DNA of 64,000 bases from Dehalococcoidia bacterium (GTDB lineage: Bacteria > Chloroflexota > Dehalococcoidia > Bin125). The notes under the pieces are model-generated. The model was given only the letters and a program-made list of their open reading frames with translations, searched no databases and had not been told where the DNA came from. Location: contig OY820591.1 of the NCBI GenBank assembly GCA_963555985.3, forward strand, positions 2,432,001 to 2,496,000, read 5' to 3'. Positions 37,567 through 48,816 of this stretch are shown here, piece after piece. The first letter of the stretch is position 1; every line of letters begins with the position of its first letter. The position numbers and the translations under genes were made by a program.

Positions 37567-39977
37567 GCCAGCTTGACTGGTTCCGACCAGACGACGCCTT
37601 CCGATCGCAACCGTTCGATCTCTTCGCCTCTGCCGATCTCCGACAGAAGCTCGTCTGTCTCTTGGCCGGCCAGGACGCCGTGGGCGTAGCCGTCTCGCCG
37701 GCCTGCACAGCGCGTGAGCGCTCCCCAGCGGCGGATTTGGCCTAGACGCCGGTGCTCGGCGTAGGGAGCGAATTCGTTGGCCTGGACGTGTTCGTCGTGG
37801 AGGAAGAACTGGCCTGCGTGACCGGAATCGGCGACGACGCAGCCGACTCCGACGGCGGTGAGGCGGGTTTCCCACTCGGCGGCGGGGGCTTGGGCGAAGA
37901 CCGCAGCGATGGCGGCGGTCATTGCGTCTTCGTCGTCCGTGCTGAGATCGGAGAGCTGCGGCGCAGCTCCGTTGCAGAATGCCGACCACTCCTCGTCGGT
38001 CAGGGCGGCGAAGAAGACCCAGCCCTCTGAGGCGGGGTAGAGCCGGTATCGGGGCGCGGTGCCGTAGAGCTCGCCGTCGACCTGGCGGCGCGAGGGCTTG
38101 CCTTCGTATTGGAGGAAGTCGTCGTGGTTGGCGTAGGCGTTGGCGGTGAGCATGTTGACGAAGATTTGCTGACCGACGCCGTAGCGACGCTGCGCGTAGA
38201 GGCCTAGCAGCGTCGCGGACGCGACCAGTACGCCCGTGTTCGGATCGGGATTGGCTTCGTTCGCTCGCATCAGTTGACGCGAGGCTTCGCGGATTTCTTC
38301 GATGGTCTCGCAACCGGCGGGGGGCATTGCAGAGCCGGCCTGGTAGAGCGCTCCGCCGACGGCCGCGCCAGGGATCGGGTGCGCCGAGGGGCGGCGCGCG
38401 CCGGGGGCATCGGGGCCGTAGCCGTTGGCGGAGACCCAGACGATCTCAGGATTGATCGCTTTGGCGGTCTCGTAGCCGATGCCGAGGCGGTCGGGCACGC
38501 CGGGGCGGTAGTTGTGGACAATGGCGTCGGCCTGCGCGATCAGGTCGGCGACGATCGCCTGGCCCTCGGGAGACTTGAGGTCGATGCAGATGCTCTCTTT
38601 GGCCGCGTTGGTCTTGGATGCGAGCAGACCGGTCAGCGGGCCTGCGCCCATGCCGCGGAAGGGATCGCCGCCGATCGGTTCGACCTTGATCACACGCGCG
38701 CCCAGATCGGCGAGCATCGAGACGCCGATCGGGGTAGCGATGATGGTGGCGAATTCGAGGATGGTGAAGCCGTCCAGTGGTTTACCGGAGGGCGCCGCGC
38801 CGTTCGGTGTCGTGGACATCGGCACATCGTTTTCTGTGCCGTTGCGCGACGCCCAACTGAAGCCGTTGGCTTCTCCGACCGCCGGTGCGGGACGGACGAT
38901 CTCCGCCGGCGTCTCGCGCAGGTGGGCGATCGGGCCGAGCTGCTTGACCGGGCCGAGTTCAGGATCGTTCAGCGTGAGCGTGTCGCCGTTGGCGGCCATG
39001 TCGAGGTTGTCGACGGCCTCATGGGTAGGGGTGAACGGCTCTGCGGCGATGTTGCCCTGAGCGCGGAAGAGCTCCATCCACTCGTCGCAGGTCTTCTCCT
39101 GCATCCGCTCGAGGATGCGGTCGCGCATCTCCTCCGTCGCTTCGGGCGTCCACTCGGCCTGCCCTCCCTGCCACTGCTCTTCGGCGAAGAGCAGAGTCAG
39201 ATCGGCGGCGTCCATGAAGGCGTAGAAGAGATGCTCAAGCAGATTGCCGAGTTGGATCCAGCGCCCGTCGCGGGTCATCACCGGGTGATAGTTCAGGGTC
39301 GGCATTCCGCCGCCGATGTTGAAGATCTGCGGGTAGCTCTCAGGCTCGCGCTCGTGCAGTTCGGACAGGAGTAGTTGCAGCAGATCGAAGGGAAGCATTC
39401 CTTGCAGCAGCGACGTTTCGACGATCTGTCCGCGCCCGCAGCGTTGGCGCTCAATGAGGGCCGCGAGAATGCCCTGGACCGCGCCCTGGGAGGCGGCGTG
39501 TCCGCCAACGGGAACAGCGGCAAAGCCCGGACCTTCGCGCAGGCGCTGACCGGTGAAACCGACCATGCGTCCCGATTTGGCCGCGACCACGCCCTCGTAG
39601 GCGGGGTACTCGGCGTATGGGCCATCGGGACCCCAGCCGGTGATCGAGCAGAAGATCGCCGCTTCGTTGAGGGCGCGGATGTCGCCGTATTCGAGGTTTC
39701 GCGCGGCGGCCTGAGCGGGGGAATCGGTCGAGACCACCACGTCCGCCTCGCGGATCAGCGCCTCCAGGCGAGACCGATCCGCAACCAGATCCAGCTCCAG
39801 CGAGCGCTTGCCGCGCAGCCACATCGGAGCGGCCGCCAGCGTCCGCCAGGGGTCGCCGCCGAGCGGCTCGACCTTGACCACCTCTGCGCCGAAGTCGGCG
39901 AGGATCATGGTGGCGATCCCGCCGACGGGTCCGGTGGAGAGGTCGAGGACGCGGGTGTCGGTCAACAGTGGGGCCAT
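37563..39977 (-). CDS. Fused double-domain CoA-transferase family III
   Basis: Two CaiB units (LADFGAEVVKVEP..GKRS and LADLGARVIKVEP..NAAKES), 804 aa. Confidence 0.9.
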   Translation of the reverse strand: MAPLLTDTRVLDLSTGPVGGIATMILADFGAEVVKVEPLGGDPWRTLAAAPMWLRGKRSLELDLVADRSRLEALIREADVVVSTDSPAQAAARNLEYGDIRALNEAAIFCSITGWGPDGPYAEYPAYEGVVAAKSGRMVGFTGQRLREGPGFAAVPVGGHAASQGAVQGILAALIERQRCGRGQIVETSLLQGMLPFDLLQLLLSELHEREPESYPQIFNIGGGMPTLNYHPVMTRDGRWIQLGNLLEHLFYAFMDAADLTLLFAEEQWQGGQAEWTPEATEEMRDRILERMQEKTCDEWMELFRAQGNIAAEPFTPTHEAVDNLDMAANGDTLTLNDPELGPVKQLGPIAHLRETPAEIVRPAPAVGEANGFSWASRNGTENDVPMSTTPNGAAPSGKPLDGFTILEFATIIATPIGVSMLADLGARVIKVEPIGGDPFRGMGAGPLTGLLASKTNAAKESICIDLKSPEGQAIVADLIAQADAIVHNYRPGVPDRLGIGYETAKAINPEIVWVSANGYGPDAPGARRPSAHPIPGAAVGGALYQAGSAMPPAGCETIEEIREASRQLMRANEANPDPNTGVLVASATLLGLYAQRRYGVGQQIFVNMLTANAYANHDDFLQYEGKPSRRQVDGELYGTAPRYRLYPASEGWVFFAALTDEEWSAFCNGAAPQLSDLSTDDEDAMTAAIAAVFAQAPAAEWETRLTAVGVGCVVADSGHAGQFFLHDEHVQANEFAPYAEHRRLGQIRRWGALTRCAGRRDGYAHGVLAGQETDELLSEIGRGEEIERLRSEGVVWSEPVKLA

Positions 39978-40115
39978 GAGTTGTCTCCTGAGGGCAGTCT
40001 CAGGAGCAGATTAGCTGGGGTCTGGGACTGGCGCAGGACAGCGACCTGCACTCGCGCTGATTGCGAGCGCACAGTTGGATGTGGGAACCTGCGGTTCGGA
40101 AGAGGGGTCGTCTAG

Positions 40116-41594
40116 ATGGCCGATACCGAACCTGTCGTTGCATATGAGTGGCAACCGATCGAAGACCTGCCGGCAGATTGGCGGGCGCTCTGCCGCGACG
40201 ATCTCCACGCGGTGCATCGGCAGTGGCTCGCCGATCGAGCGCTGGTCAAGGATGAGTCCAAGCTCAGGAAGTTCCAAGAACAGCTCGCCGTCCTCTGGGC
40301 AATCGAGACTGGCATCATCGAACGGCTCTATCGGGTCGATCGTGGCGTCACCGTGCAGATACTCGAAGCGGGGATGGAGGCGCTCGGCCAGTTTCACGCC
40401 AAGGGGTTGCTGACAAGCGATGCGCGAGCGCTGATCACGGATCAACGGGAAGCGCTGGAAATGGTAATGGATCTGATCGGGGGCACGCGCGAACTCACTG
40501 CGTCGTACATGAAGGAGCTGCATCAGCGCCTGACACTGAGCCAAGCCACGACTGAAGCCGAAGACCAGTTCGGGCGCCGCATGGAGGTCGCTCTCTTCAA
40601 GGGAGACTGGAAGAAGCGAGAGAACAACCCTCGCCGGCCCGACGGTTCGATTCACCAATACTGCCCACCCGAGTTCGTTCAGGACGAAATCGATCGACTC
40701 CTGTCATGGCGTCAAGAGCATGAGTCACTGGGCGTCTGTGCCGAGGTCGAGGCGGCCTGGCTTCATCATCGTTTCACCCAGATACATCCATTTCAAGATG
40801 GCAACGGGCGCGTGGCGCGAGCGATCACGAGCGCGGTGTTCCTTAGGGCGAACTACCTCGTCTTGGTCGTGCGCGATCAAGAGCATCGCGAGCGCTATCT
40901 CGATGCGCTCGAATCCGCCGATCACGGCGACCTGAAACCGCTGGTCAATCTCTTCGCCGATATTCAGATCGGCGATCTGCAGAATGCGATCCAGTCCCTA
41001 CGGGAGCTTCGCGGCGAACCCGTCGTTCGCGTCGCAGAATCGATCGCGGAGCGCGCCAAGCGGCGGATGGAATCGTCGCAGGAACAGGCCGCCCGAATCA
41101 TGGATGGCCTCTGGCAGATTGCCCACACCAGACTCGAAGAAGCCGCGGGCGAACTAACTCGCGCCTTCGACGATGCGGGCGTAACCGTGGAGGCGCTAGT
41201 CGGGACAGACGACGACCGGCAAGACTGGTGGCGCTTCCAAATCATCGAAGCTGCTAGACAGCACGAGTACTTCGCCGATCTCAATCGTCCGCGTCGTTGG
41301 GTATCGTTGCGGCTCGGCCTGCCGGGGCTCGATCAGGCTCAGTCGCGGCTCGTCATTTCGTTTCATGCCGTCGGACGCTCGGCCGATCTGCACGCTGCCA
41401 CCGCTTTCCTCACTCACTCGCTCAGCAGCGGGGAGAGCGACCAAGCGCCGCGCTGGGAGAGTGAGACGATCCCGGATCAGGCTTTCAAGTTCGGTACGGA
41501 AACTACAACTCTCGAGGCGATCGAGGAGAATTTCCGCGCCTGGCTCGAGCGCACAGTGGAGAATGGCTTGGCGCTTTGGGGTGAGCAGCTCTGA
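40116..41594 (+). CDS. Fic-family protein with long unrecognised C-terminal domain
   Basis: WAIETGIIE, HPFQDGNGRVAR. Confidence 0.9.
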   Translation: MADTEPVVAYEWQPIEDLPADWRALCRDDLHAVHRQWLADRALVKDESKLRKFQEQLAVLWAIETGIIERLYRVDRGVTVQILEAGMEALGQFHAKGLLTSDARALITDQREALEMVMDLIGGTRELTASYMKELHQRLTLSQATTEAEDQFGRRMEVALFKGDWKKRENNPRRPDGSIHQYCPPEFVQDEIDRLLSWRQEHESLGVCAEVEAAWLHHRFTQIHPFQDGNGRVARAITSAVFLRANYLVLVVRDQEHRERYLDALESADHGDLKPLVNLFADIQIGDLQNAIQSLRELRGEPVVRVAESIAERAKRRMESSQEQAARIMDGLWQIAHTRLEEAAGELTRAFDDAGVTVEALVGTDDDRQDWWRFQIIEAARQHEYFADLNRPRRWVSLRLGLPGLDQAQSRLVISFHAVGRSADLHAATAFLTHSLSSGESDQAPRWESETIPDQAFKFGTETTTLEAIEENFRAWLERTVENGLALWGEQL

Positions 41595-41649
41595 GCGCGC
41601 TTCCTCCCGTGCGGCGGCAGCCCTACGCTGACCTTTGGAGACCTCCCAG

Positions 41650-43287
41650 ATGACCACCTGGACCAACCAGCTCTACTTCGGCGACAACCTCAGCGTGCTG
41701 CGTGAGCACATCCCCGATGCGTCGGTCGACCTGATCTACCTTGACCCGCCCTTCAACTCGAATGCGACCTACAACGTGCTGTTCAAGGAGCGGTCGGGGG
41801 AGGATTCGGCGGCTCAGATTACGGCCTTCGACGACACCTGGCACTGGACGCTGGAGTCGGAGCGGGCCTACCAGGAGGTGGTGACGGAGGGGGCGGACAA
41901 GCTGGGCAAGCTGCTCCAGGCGATGCGCGAGTTCCTGGGCCGGAACGACATGATGGCGTATCTGACGATGATGGCGCAGCGCTTGGCGGAGCTGCATCGG
42001 GTGCTCAAGCCGACGGGGAGCATCTATCTGCACTGTGATCCGACAGCGAGTCACTACCTGAAGATGTTGTTGGATGCAGTGTTTGGGCCCGACAATTTCC
42101 AGAACGAAGTAACTTGGAAACGCACGACAGCCCACAATGATCCGAAGCGCTACGGCAGAATCAGCGACTGTCTATTGTTCTACGCAAAGTCAACACAGAA
42201 GACCTTCAATCGCGAGGGTGGATCATATTCTGATGCTCAACTTCGGCGCTACAAGTACAGCGACGAACAAGGACCGTATCGAGCTGAGAATCTTACAGCT
42301 CCGCATTTCTCACCAACACGAACTGTCGAGTGGCGGGGAGTGCATCCAGGAGCCAACAGGCAGTGGCGTTTCTCATTGGAAGAACTGGAGCGTCTCTATT
42401 CGGCGGGACGAATCCTGCTCAGGCGTGACGGACTTCCCAGAAAAGACGGTTACAAGTCTTATCTCAGTGAGGCACCAGGAGCAGTGCTGCAAGATGTTTG
42501 GACGGATATCGGTCTCGCGCCAACGTCCAATGAACGCCTTGGCTACCCGACCCAGAAACCCGAAGCGCTGCTCGAACGGATCATCAACGCCAGCAGCAAC
42601 GAGGGCGATGTGGTGCTCGATCCGTTCTGCGGCTGCGGCACGGCGGTGGCCGTGGCTGAGCGGCTCAAACGGCGCTGGATCGGGATTGACGTGACGCACA
42701 TCGCGATCTCGCTGATGAAGCACCGGCTGCACGACAGCTTCGGCAGCGAGCTCTCCGACTACGCAGTCGTCGGACTACCCGAAGATGTCGCCAGCGCGCG
42801 GGCGCTCGCCACCGACAGTCAGAACGACGGCCGCTACCAGTTCGAGTATTGGGCGCTCGGACTGGTCGATGCGCGTCCGGCGACGGGCAAGAAGGGCGCG
42901 GATTCGGGTGTGGACGGCTACATCAACTTCTTCGACGACAACTCGGGCAAGGCCAAGCGGATCATCGTGCAGGTCAAGAGCGGCAAGGTGAATCGGGGGC
43001 AGATCGCGACGCTCAAGGGCGATATGGACAGTCAGAACGCCGCGATTGGCCTCTTCATCACGCTCGAAGCGCCGACCCAGCCGATGATCCAGGCGGCGGT
43101 CGAGGCGGGGTTCTATGAGCCGGAAGGTCTGCCGGGCAATCAGTATCCGAAGGTGCAGATTCTGACGATTGAGGAGCTGTTGGGCGGGGCGCAGCCGGAG
43201 TATCCGCGTTTCGCAAGTCCGCAGACGTTCCGCAAGGCTCCCCGCCGCAAGCGCAAGCAGGGCGTGCAGCGGCGGTTGGAGGAGTGA
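41650..43287 (+). CDS. N6/N4 DNA methyltransferase (beta class) fused to a C-terminal Mrr-like nuclease domain
   Basis: LIYLDPPFNS, YPTQKP, LDPFCGCGT; C-terminal GADSGVDG...IVQVKSG. Confidence 0.9.
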   Translation: MTTWTNQLYFGDNLSVLREHIPDASVDLIYLDPPFNSNATYNVLFKERSGEDSAAQITAFDDTWHWTLESERAYQEVVTEGADKLGKLLQAMREFLGRNDMMAYLTMMAQRLAELHRVLKPTGSIYLHCDPTASHYLKMLLDAVFGPDNFQNEVTWKRTTAHNDPKRYGRISDCLLFYAKSTQKTFNREGGSYSDAQLRRYKYSDEQGPYRAENLTAPHFSPTRTVEWRGVHPGANRQWRFSLEELERLYSAGRILLRRDGLPRKDGYKSYLSEAPGAVLQDVWTDIGLAPTSNERLGYPTQKPEALLERIINASSNEGDVVLDPFCGCGTAVAVAERLKRRWIGIDVTHIAISLMKHRLHDSFGSELSDYAVVGLPEDVASARALATDSQNDGRYQFEYWALGLVDARPATGKKGADSGVDGYINFFDDNSGKAKRIIVQVKSGKVNRGQIATLKGDMDSQNAAIGLFITLEAPTQPMIQAAVEAGFYEPEGLPGNQYPKVQILTIEELLGGAQPEYPRFASPQTFRKAPRRKRKQGVQRRLEE

Positions 43288-43533
43288 ACTCCATCGACAC
43301 CTCCGGTCAATCTCCGCAAAATCTCCCTTCCGCCTCGGCATGGACTAGCGCTGACGATTCCCGTTTCTCTCGGCGAGGGCAGAGACGAATTGGATCTGTA
43401 GATCAGCCTTCAGATAGGAGGGAGCGACATCCTTCTCCAAGACTCGCCTCTGAAGGGCACCAAGGTCCCGGGCCAGCTACAGTGGTTACGAGCCTATCAG
43501 ATTGCCACACAATTTAAGGCGTAGGGTGTAGCA

Positions 43534-43980
43534 ATGGAACACCAGTTGTGGGTCACAATCGCGGTTGGAGTCCTTACAGGCGTGAGCGCTGCCACGATCG
43601 TTGAGGGCATCGCATTCTTGCACCGTCGTCGGCAGAAGCAAAAGGTGATTGACCACTTGGGCGCATTGATTGTCCTCGGTGAGAGAAGGCTCGGTCTAGA
43701 CAATGTAGCACAAACAGGTCAAGAGGCTATCCAACGAATCGTTTGGATCGACATTTGGAAAACGTTCCTTGACCAGCTCCAATTGGTTTTCATAGCAGCG
43801 TCTCGTCATTTGTCCGATGAAGAGATAAAGATGTTCGCCGAAGAATTGGCTGAGTGCTATCGACTGTTTCCAGATCGAGACAGCCCACCTACCAAGCATC
43901 ACTATGCCCATTCGCTTCAGCGCTTTAAAGAGGCGCTCCCTTATTCGGTTGGCTTGTTCGATAAAGACTATTCCAAATGA
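43534..43980 (+). CDS. Hypothetical lower-GC protein with N-terminal TM helix
   Basis: 148-aa ORF, hydrophobic first ~28 aa, visibly more AT-rich than the flanks. Confidence 0.55.
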   Translation: MEHQLWVTIAVGVLTGVSAATIVEGIAFLHRRRQKQKVIDHLGALIVLGERRLGLDNVAQTGQEAIQRIVWIDIWKTFLDQLQLVFIAASRHLSDEEIKMFAEELAECYRLFPDRDSPPTKHHYAHSLQRFKEALPYSVGLFDKDYSK

Positions 43981-44096
43981 ATAATCTAAACGACTTGAGC
44001 TATGGTCTTGGCTCTCTATCGCTTAGACGCGTCCAACATGACCATTGTCGCAATGGTCTCCAAATTGAAGATATATGTCGGGGGATCGAATGCGCC

Positions 44097-46070
44097 CTAC
44101 TCCGGCTGGATCGGCGTCCAGCGCATGTCCCACTCGTCGCCGAAGCTGAGGCGGCCTTGATCGCTGTAGTCCTCCAACGAGTAGGTGCGGATCTCCTCGT
44201 CGGAGAGCAGGTGAATCTGACTGCCGACCGGCAGTGCGCGGCGGGCTTCTCCTTGCACCCGCAGCGAGGACTCGTGGGTCAGACCGTCGGCTGTGACGCG
44301 GACGCCGAGGAAGGCGCCGTCGTGGTCGTCCCAATAGCGCCAGTCGTTCGGGGCGACGGGGATCCAGGCGACGCCGTTCTGGTAGCGGAAGGCGCGGTGG
44401 TCGAACTCGACCGGGCTGCGGGCGTCGTCGCCCAGAGGCAGCACCGAGAGTTGGATCGGATTCGCCGGATCGGAGACGTCGAAGAGCGACGCTTGCAGCC
44501 CGCGTTCGCGTCCGGTGCGTTCGTCGGCGTCGCGCCCGATGCCGAGCAGCAGCCCGCCGCTGAGCGGGTGCAAGTAGCGCGAGAAGCCGGGAATCTTCAG
44601 TTCGCCAAGTGATTGCGGATTGGTCGGATCGGAGAGATCGAGCACGTAGAGCGGGTCGATCTGGCGGAAGGTGACGACGTAGCCCACGTCGCCGGCGAAG
44701 CGAACGGCGAAAATGTCCTCGGTTACGCCCAGTCCGCTGACCAGGCCGACTTGCTCCAGCGAGCCCTGATCGCCCTTGCCGGTCGCTTCGAGCACGAAGA
44801 CATTGCTGACCGTGGGCCAGCGATCCTGGATTGTGGTAGCGACGCGCAGGTAGCCGTCGTGCTCGGAGAGCGACCACTGCGAGAGCAGTCGTCCGCGCAC
44901 TTTGCCGCTGCCGAAGTAGCTCGGCGCGAGCGGCGCGCTGATGTCGAAGCGGTGGATCGCCGTGTTGCCCCAGTCGGCTGTGGGCGCGGCGAGGTAGAGC
45001 GCATCAACCGACGCATACACGGTCGGGTTGTCGCTCATCACACCCACGCTGCCCCAATCGCCGATCCCTTCCGCAAGATCGAACGAGAGCATGTAGGAGA
45101 GGCCCTCGCGCCAGGGCGGGCTGTCGTCCAGTTGCGGCGCAAACGTCTGCTCGCAGTCGAGCGCGCGACCGTGCTTGAAGCTACCGGCGACGTAATCCTC
45201 CAATCCGAACAGCGGATGCCAGCGCGCGAGTCCGCTGCTGCGAATCGCCGCCTCGTTGTAGGCCTCCGCTTGCCGTTCCGCGTTGCGCGCCCAATCGAAA
45301 TCCCAGGGGCCGACCCACTGGTTGTAGGCACGGTGCTCGAACACGATCCGCGCGTTGGCGCCGACCAAACGTGCGCTGACGAAGCGGCCGTCCAGATCCA
45401 GCTTGCGCAGCAGACGCGGCTTGGCGGCGTTGCTCAGATCGATCTCCAACACCTCCGTCTGCGCGCGGTAGCGGCGCGGCAGCGAACGCGGACGGGCCAG
45501 ATCGCCCACCTCCGGATCGAAGATGCTCACCGCGTCGTCCAGCTGCCGCACGACGACCGCCTTACCCCTCCCGATCAGCAATTCCTGGCGGTGCGCCCAG
45601 TCAGCGAACTCGATCTGCGCGACGGTTTCCACCGGCCCGCCTTCGGTGATTCTGGCGATCAGCAATGACTGAGAGCGCAGCACGTAGAGATACTTGCCGT
45701 CGGTCTTGATGATGTCCGACTCGTCCACGCCGCGTTCCTGCACGTTGGTGCCGGTTTCGGAGACCTCACCCTGATCGGCGGGCGCAGACTTTGCGGCATC
45801 AGCCGAGGTGGCCTCCGCGCTCTCCGCCTCCACGGCGACCGCTGCTTCTGCTTCCGCCGCTTCTTCAACCTCCTCGTAGTAGTAGTACTGCTGGCGCAGC
45901 GAGTCTCGCGCGCGCTCCATGTAGTAGGCGTGCAAGTCGTCGCAGCTGCTGAATCCACGCAGCGGCTGCGCGGAGGCGGTTCCGCCAAAGGCAAACAGCT
46001 GCGCCGCGACCACGGCAACGATCAGCGCTGGTACACCAGCCAGCAGCCAGCGGCGTCGGCGCTTCGTCAT
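44097..46070 (-). CDS. Secreted beta-propeller domain protein (Beta_propel family)
   Basis: TNVQERGVDESDIIKTDGKYLY, GRLLSQWSLSEHDGYLRVATT, VTFRQIDPL, GELKIPGFSRYLHP. Confidence 0.9.
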   Translation of the reverse strand: MTKRRRRWLLAGVPALIVAVVAAQLFAFGGTASAQPLRGFSSCDDLHAYYMERARDSLRQQYYYYEEVEEAAEAEAAVAVEAESAEATSADAAKSAPADQGEVSETGTNVQERGVDESDIIKTDGKYLYVLRSQSLLIARITEGGPVETVAQIEFADWAHRQELLIGRGKAVVVRQLDDAVSIFDPEVGDLARPRSLPRRYRAQTEVLEIDLSNAAKPRLLRKLDLDGRFVSARLVGANARIVFEHRAYNQWVGPWDFDWARNAERQAEAYNEAAIRSSGLARWHPLFGLEDYVAGSFKHGRALDCEQTFAPQLDDSPPWREGLSYMLSFDLAEGIGDWGSVGVMSDNPTVYASVDALYLAAPTADWGNTAIHRFDISAPLAPSYFGSGKVRGRLLSQWSLSEHDGYLRVATTIQDRWPTVSNVFVLEATGKGDQGSLEQVGLVSGLGVTEDIFAVRFAGDVGYVVTFRQIDPLYVLDLSDPTNPQSLGELKIPGFSRYLHPLSGGLLLGIGRDADERTGRERGLQASLFDVSDPANPIQLSVLPLGDDARSPVEFDHRAFRYQNGVAWIPVAPNDWRYWDDHDGAFLGVRVTADGLTHESSLRVQGEARRALPVGSQIHLLSDEEIRTYSLEDYSDQGRLSFGDEWDMRWTPIQPE

Positions 46071-46194
46071 TGGCGTCTCCCGTCAGTCGATCAGCGGCGG
46101 CCCTCGCCGTCCACACTATGCCAAACGCAGGCGCGCCGCAGAATGTTCCCGCGCTGCGAGCGACCTATCTTGGCGTTATCTGATTGGAGATGTA

Positions 46195-46872
46195 ATGCCA
46201 TCGACAAGTACCGCGACTGTGGCTGCGCCTGCCGAGGCTGCTGCACCGGCACAACCCCCGACGGCCGAGGCACGCCCGGCCCGGCCCGTGCTCGTGCGTC
46301 TGCCCGACGACTGGGATTTCAGCGATGCGGCGATGCTGGCGCTCTGGAAGCTCAATCCGCAATGGGACATTGAGGTGACGGAAGCGGGGGAGCTATCGAT
46401 CATGCCTGGAACCGGTTGGGACAACAGCGAACTCGCTGCTGAGATCATCATCGATGTTGGGACGTGGCGGCGCGCCGGAGGCGGCGGAAGAGTCGCGGGC
46501 GCCGACGGCATGGTGCGCTTCCCGCCCCCGAGCCGGGCGATGATGGCGCCCGATGTGTCCTGGGTGTCCGACGAACGGGCCGCACAGCCGGGCGAGCGGC
46601 ATGAGACGGTGCTGATCCCGGTCTGCCCGGACTTCGTCGTCGAGATCCGCTCGGAGAGCGACGATCCGCAGGATCAGCGGGAGAAGATGCAGCGCTGGAT
46701 CGAATACGGAGTACGGCTCGGTTGGCTGATTGATCGCTATGAGGGCCAAGTTTGGATCTATCGGGAGGGCCAGGCGGAACCCGCGCTGCTTGCGCAGCCG
46801 GAGCGACTTGAGGGAGAGGACGTGCTGGAGGGCTTGGTCGTTGAGTTGGGATGGTTGTGGGAGTCGGAGTGA
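46195..46872 (+). CDS. Uma2-family endonuclease (copy 1)
   Basis: GELSIMP, APDVSWV, CPDFVVEIRSESD, KM..WI.YG.RLGWLID. Confidence 0.9.
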   Translation: MPSTSTATVAAPAEAAAPAQPPTAEARPARPVLVRLPDDWDFSDAAMLALWKLNPQWDIEVTEAGELSIMPGTGWDNSELAAEIIIDVGTWRRAGGGGRVAGADGMVRFPPPSRAMMAPDVSWVSDERAAQPGERHETVLIPVCPDFVVEIRSESDDPQDQREKMQRWIEYGVRLGWLIDRYEGQVWIYREGQAEPALLAQPERLEGEDVLEGLVVELGWLWESE

Positions 46873-46930
46873 TCCCGGCCGAACCGGAGCGCGCGTCCGC
46901 CTATCGTGAGAGCGGCTGATTGGAGAGGCA

Positions 46931-47605
46931 ATGGCGTCCACAGGTACCGCAACCGCAGTCGCGCCGGAGACGGCCGCCGCGTCGGAGCAGCTCACCACGG
47001 CGGAACGACAACCCACGCATCCTGTGATCGTGCGTCTGCCTGACGACTGGGATTTCAGCGACGCGGCGATGCTGGCGCTCTGGAAGCTCAATCCGCAGTG
47101 GGACATCGAGGTGACGGAAGCGGGGGAGCTGTCGATCATGCCTGGAACCGGTTGGACGAACAGCGCGGCTGCGATGCGGATTGGGGCGGCAGTGGTGGGC
47201 TGGAGCGACGCGAGCGGGGGAACGGTCGCGGGCGCGGACGGCATGGTGCGCTTTCCGCCTCCGAGCCGGGCGATGATGGCGCCCGATGTGTCCTGGGTGT
47301 CGGACGAACGAGCCGCACAGCCGGGCGAGCGGCATGACACGGTGCTGATCCCGGTCTGCCCCGATTTCGTCGTCGAGATCCGCTCGGAGAGCGACGATCC
47401 GCAGGATCAGCGGGAGAAGATGGAGCGCTGGATCGACTATGGAGCAAGGCTCGGCTGGCTGATTGATCGCTATGAGGGCGAAGTCTGGATTTACCGAGCG
47501 GGCCAGCCGGAAGCGGAGACGCTGGAGCGTCCCCAGCAGCTTGATGGGGAAGATGTGCTGGCTGGCTTGGTCGTTGAGTTGGGATGGCTCTGGGAGCCCG
47601 AATAG
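46931..47605 (+). CDS. Uma2-family endonuclease (copy 2, tandem paralog)
   Basis: Same motifs as copy 1, with long near-identical DNA blocks. Confidence 0.9.
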   Translation: MASTGTATAVAPETAAASEQLTTAERQPTHPVIVRLPDDWDFSDAAMLALWKLNPQWDIEVTEAGELSIMPGTGWTNSAAAMRIGAAVVGWSDASGGTVAGADGMVRFPPPSRAMMAPDVSWVSDERAAQPGERHDTVLIPVCPDFVVEIRSESDDPQDQREKMERWIDYGARLGWLIDRYEGEVWIYRAGQPEAETLERPQQLDGEDVLAGLVVELGWLWEPE

Positions 47606-47640
47606 CGATCGCGGGCTCCCGTTTCCTCTCGCAGAGCCGG

Positions 47641-48816
<1,176 letters not shown>

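Noticed and set aside
43985-44027. Hairpin after the orphan gene as an integron attC site
   Set aside because: Ends do not match RYYYAAC/GTTRRRY, and there is no integrase or second cassette.
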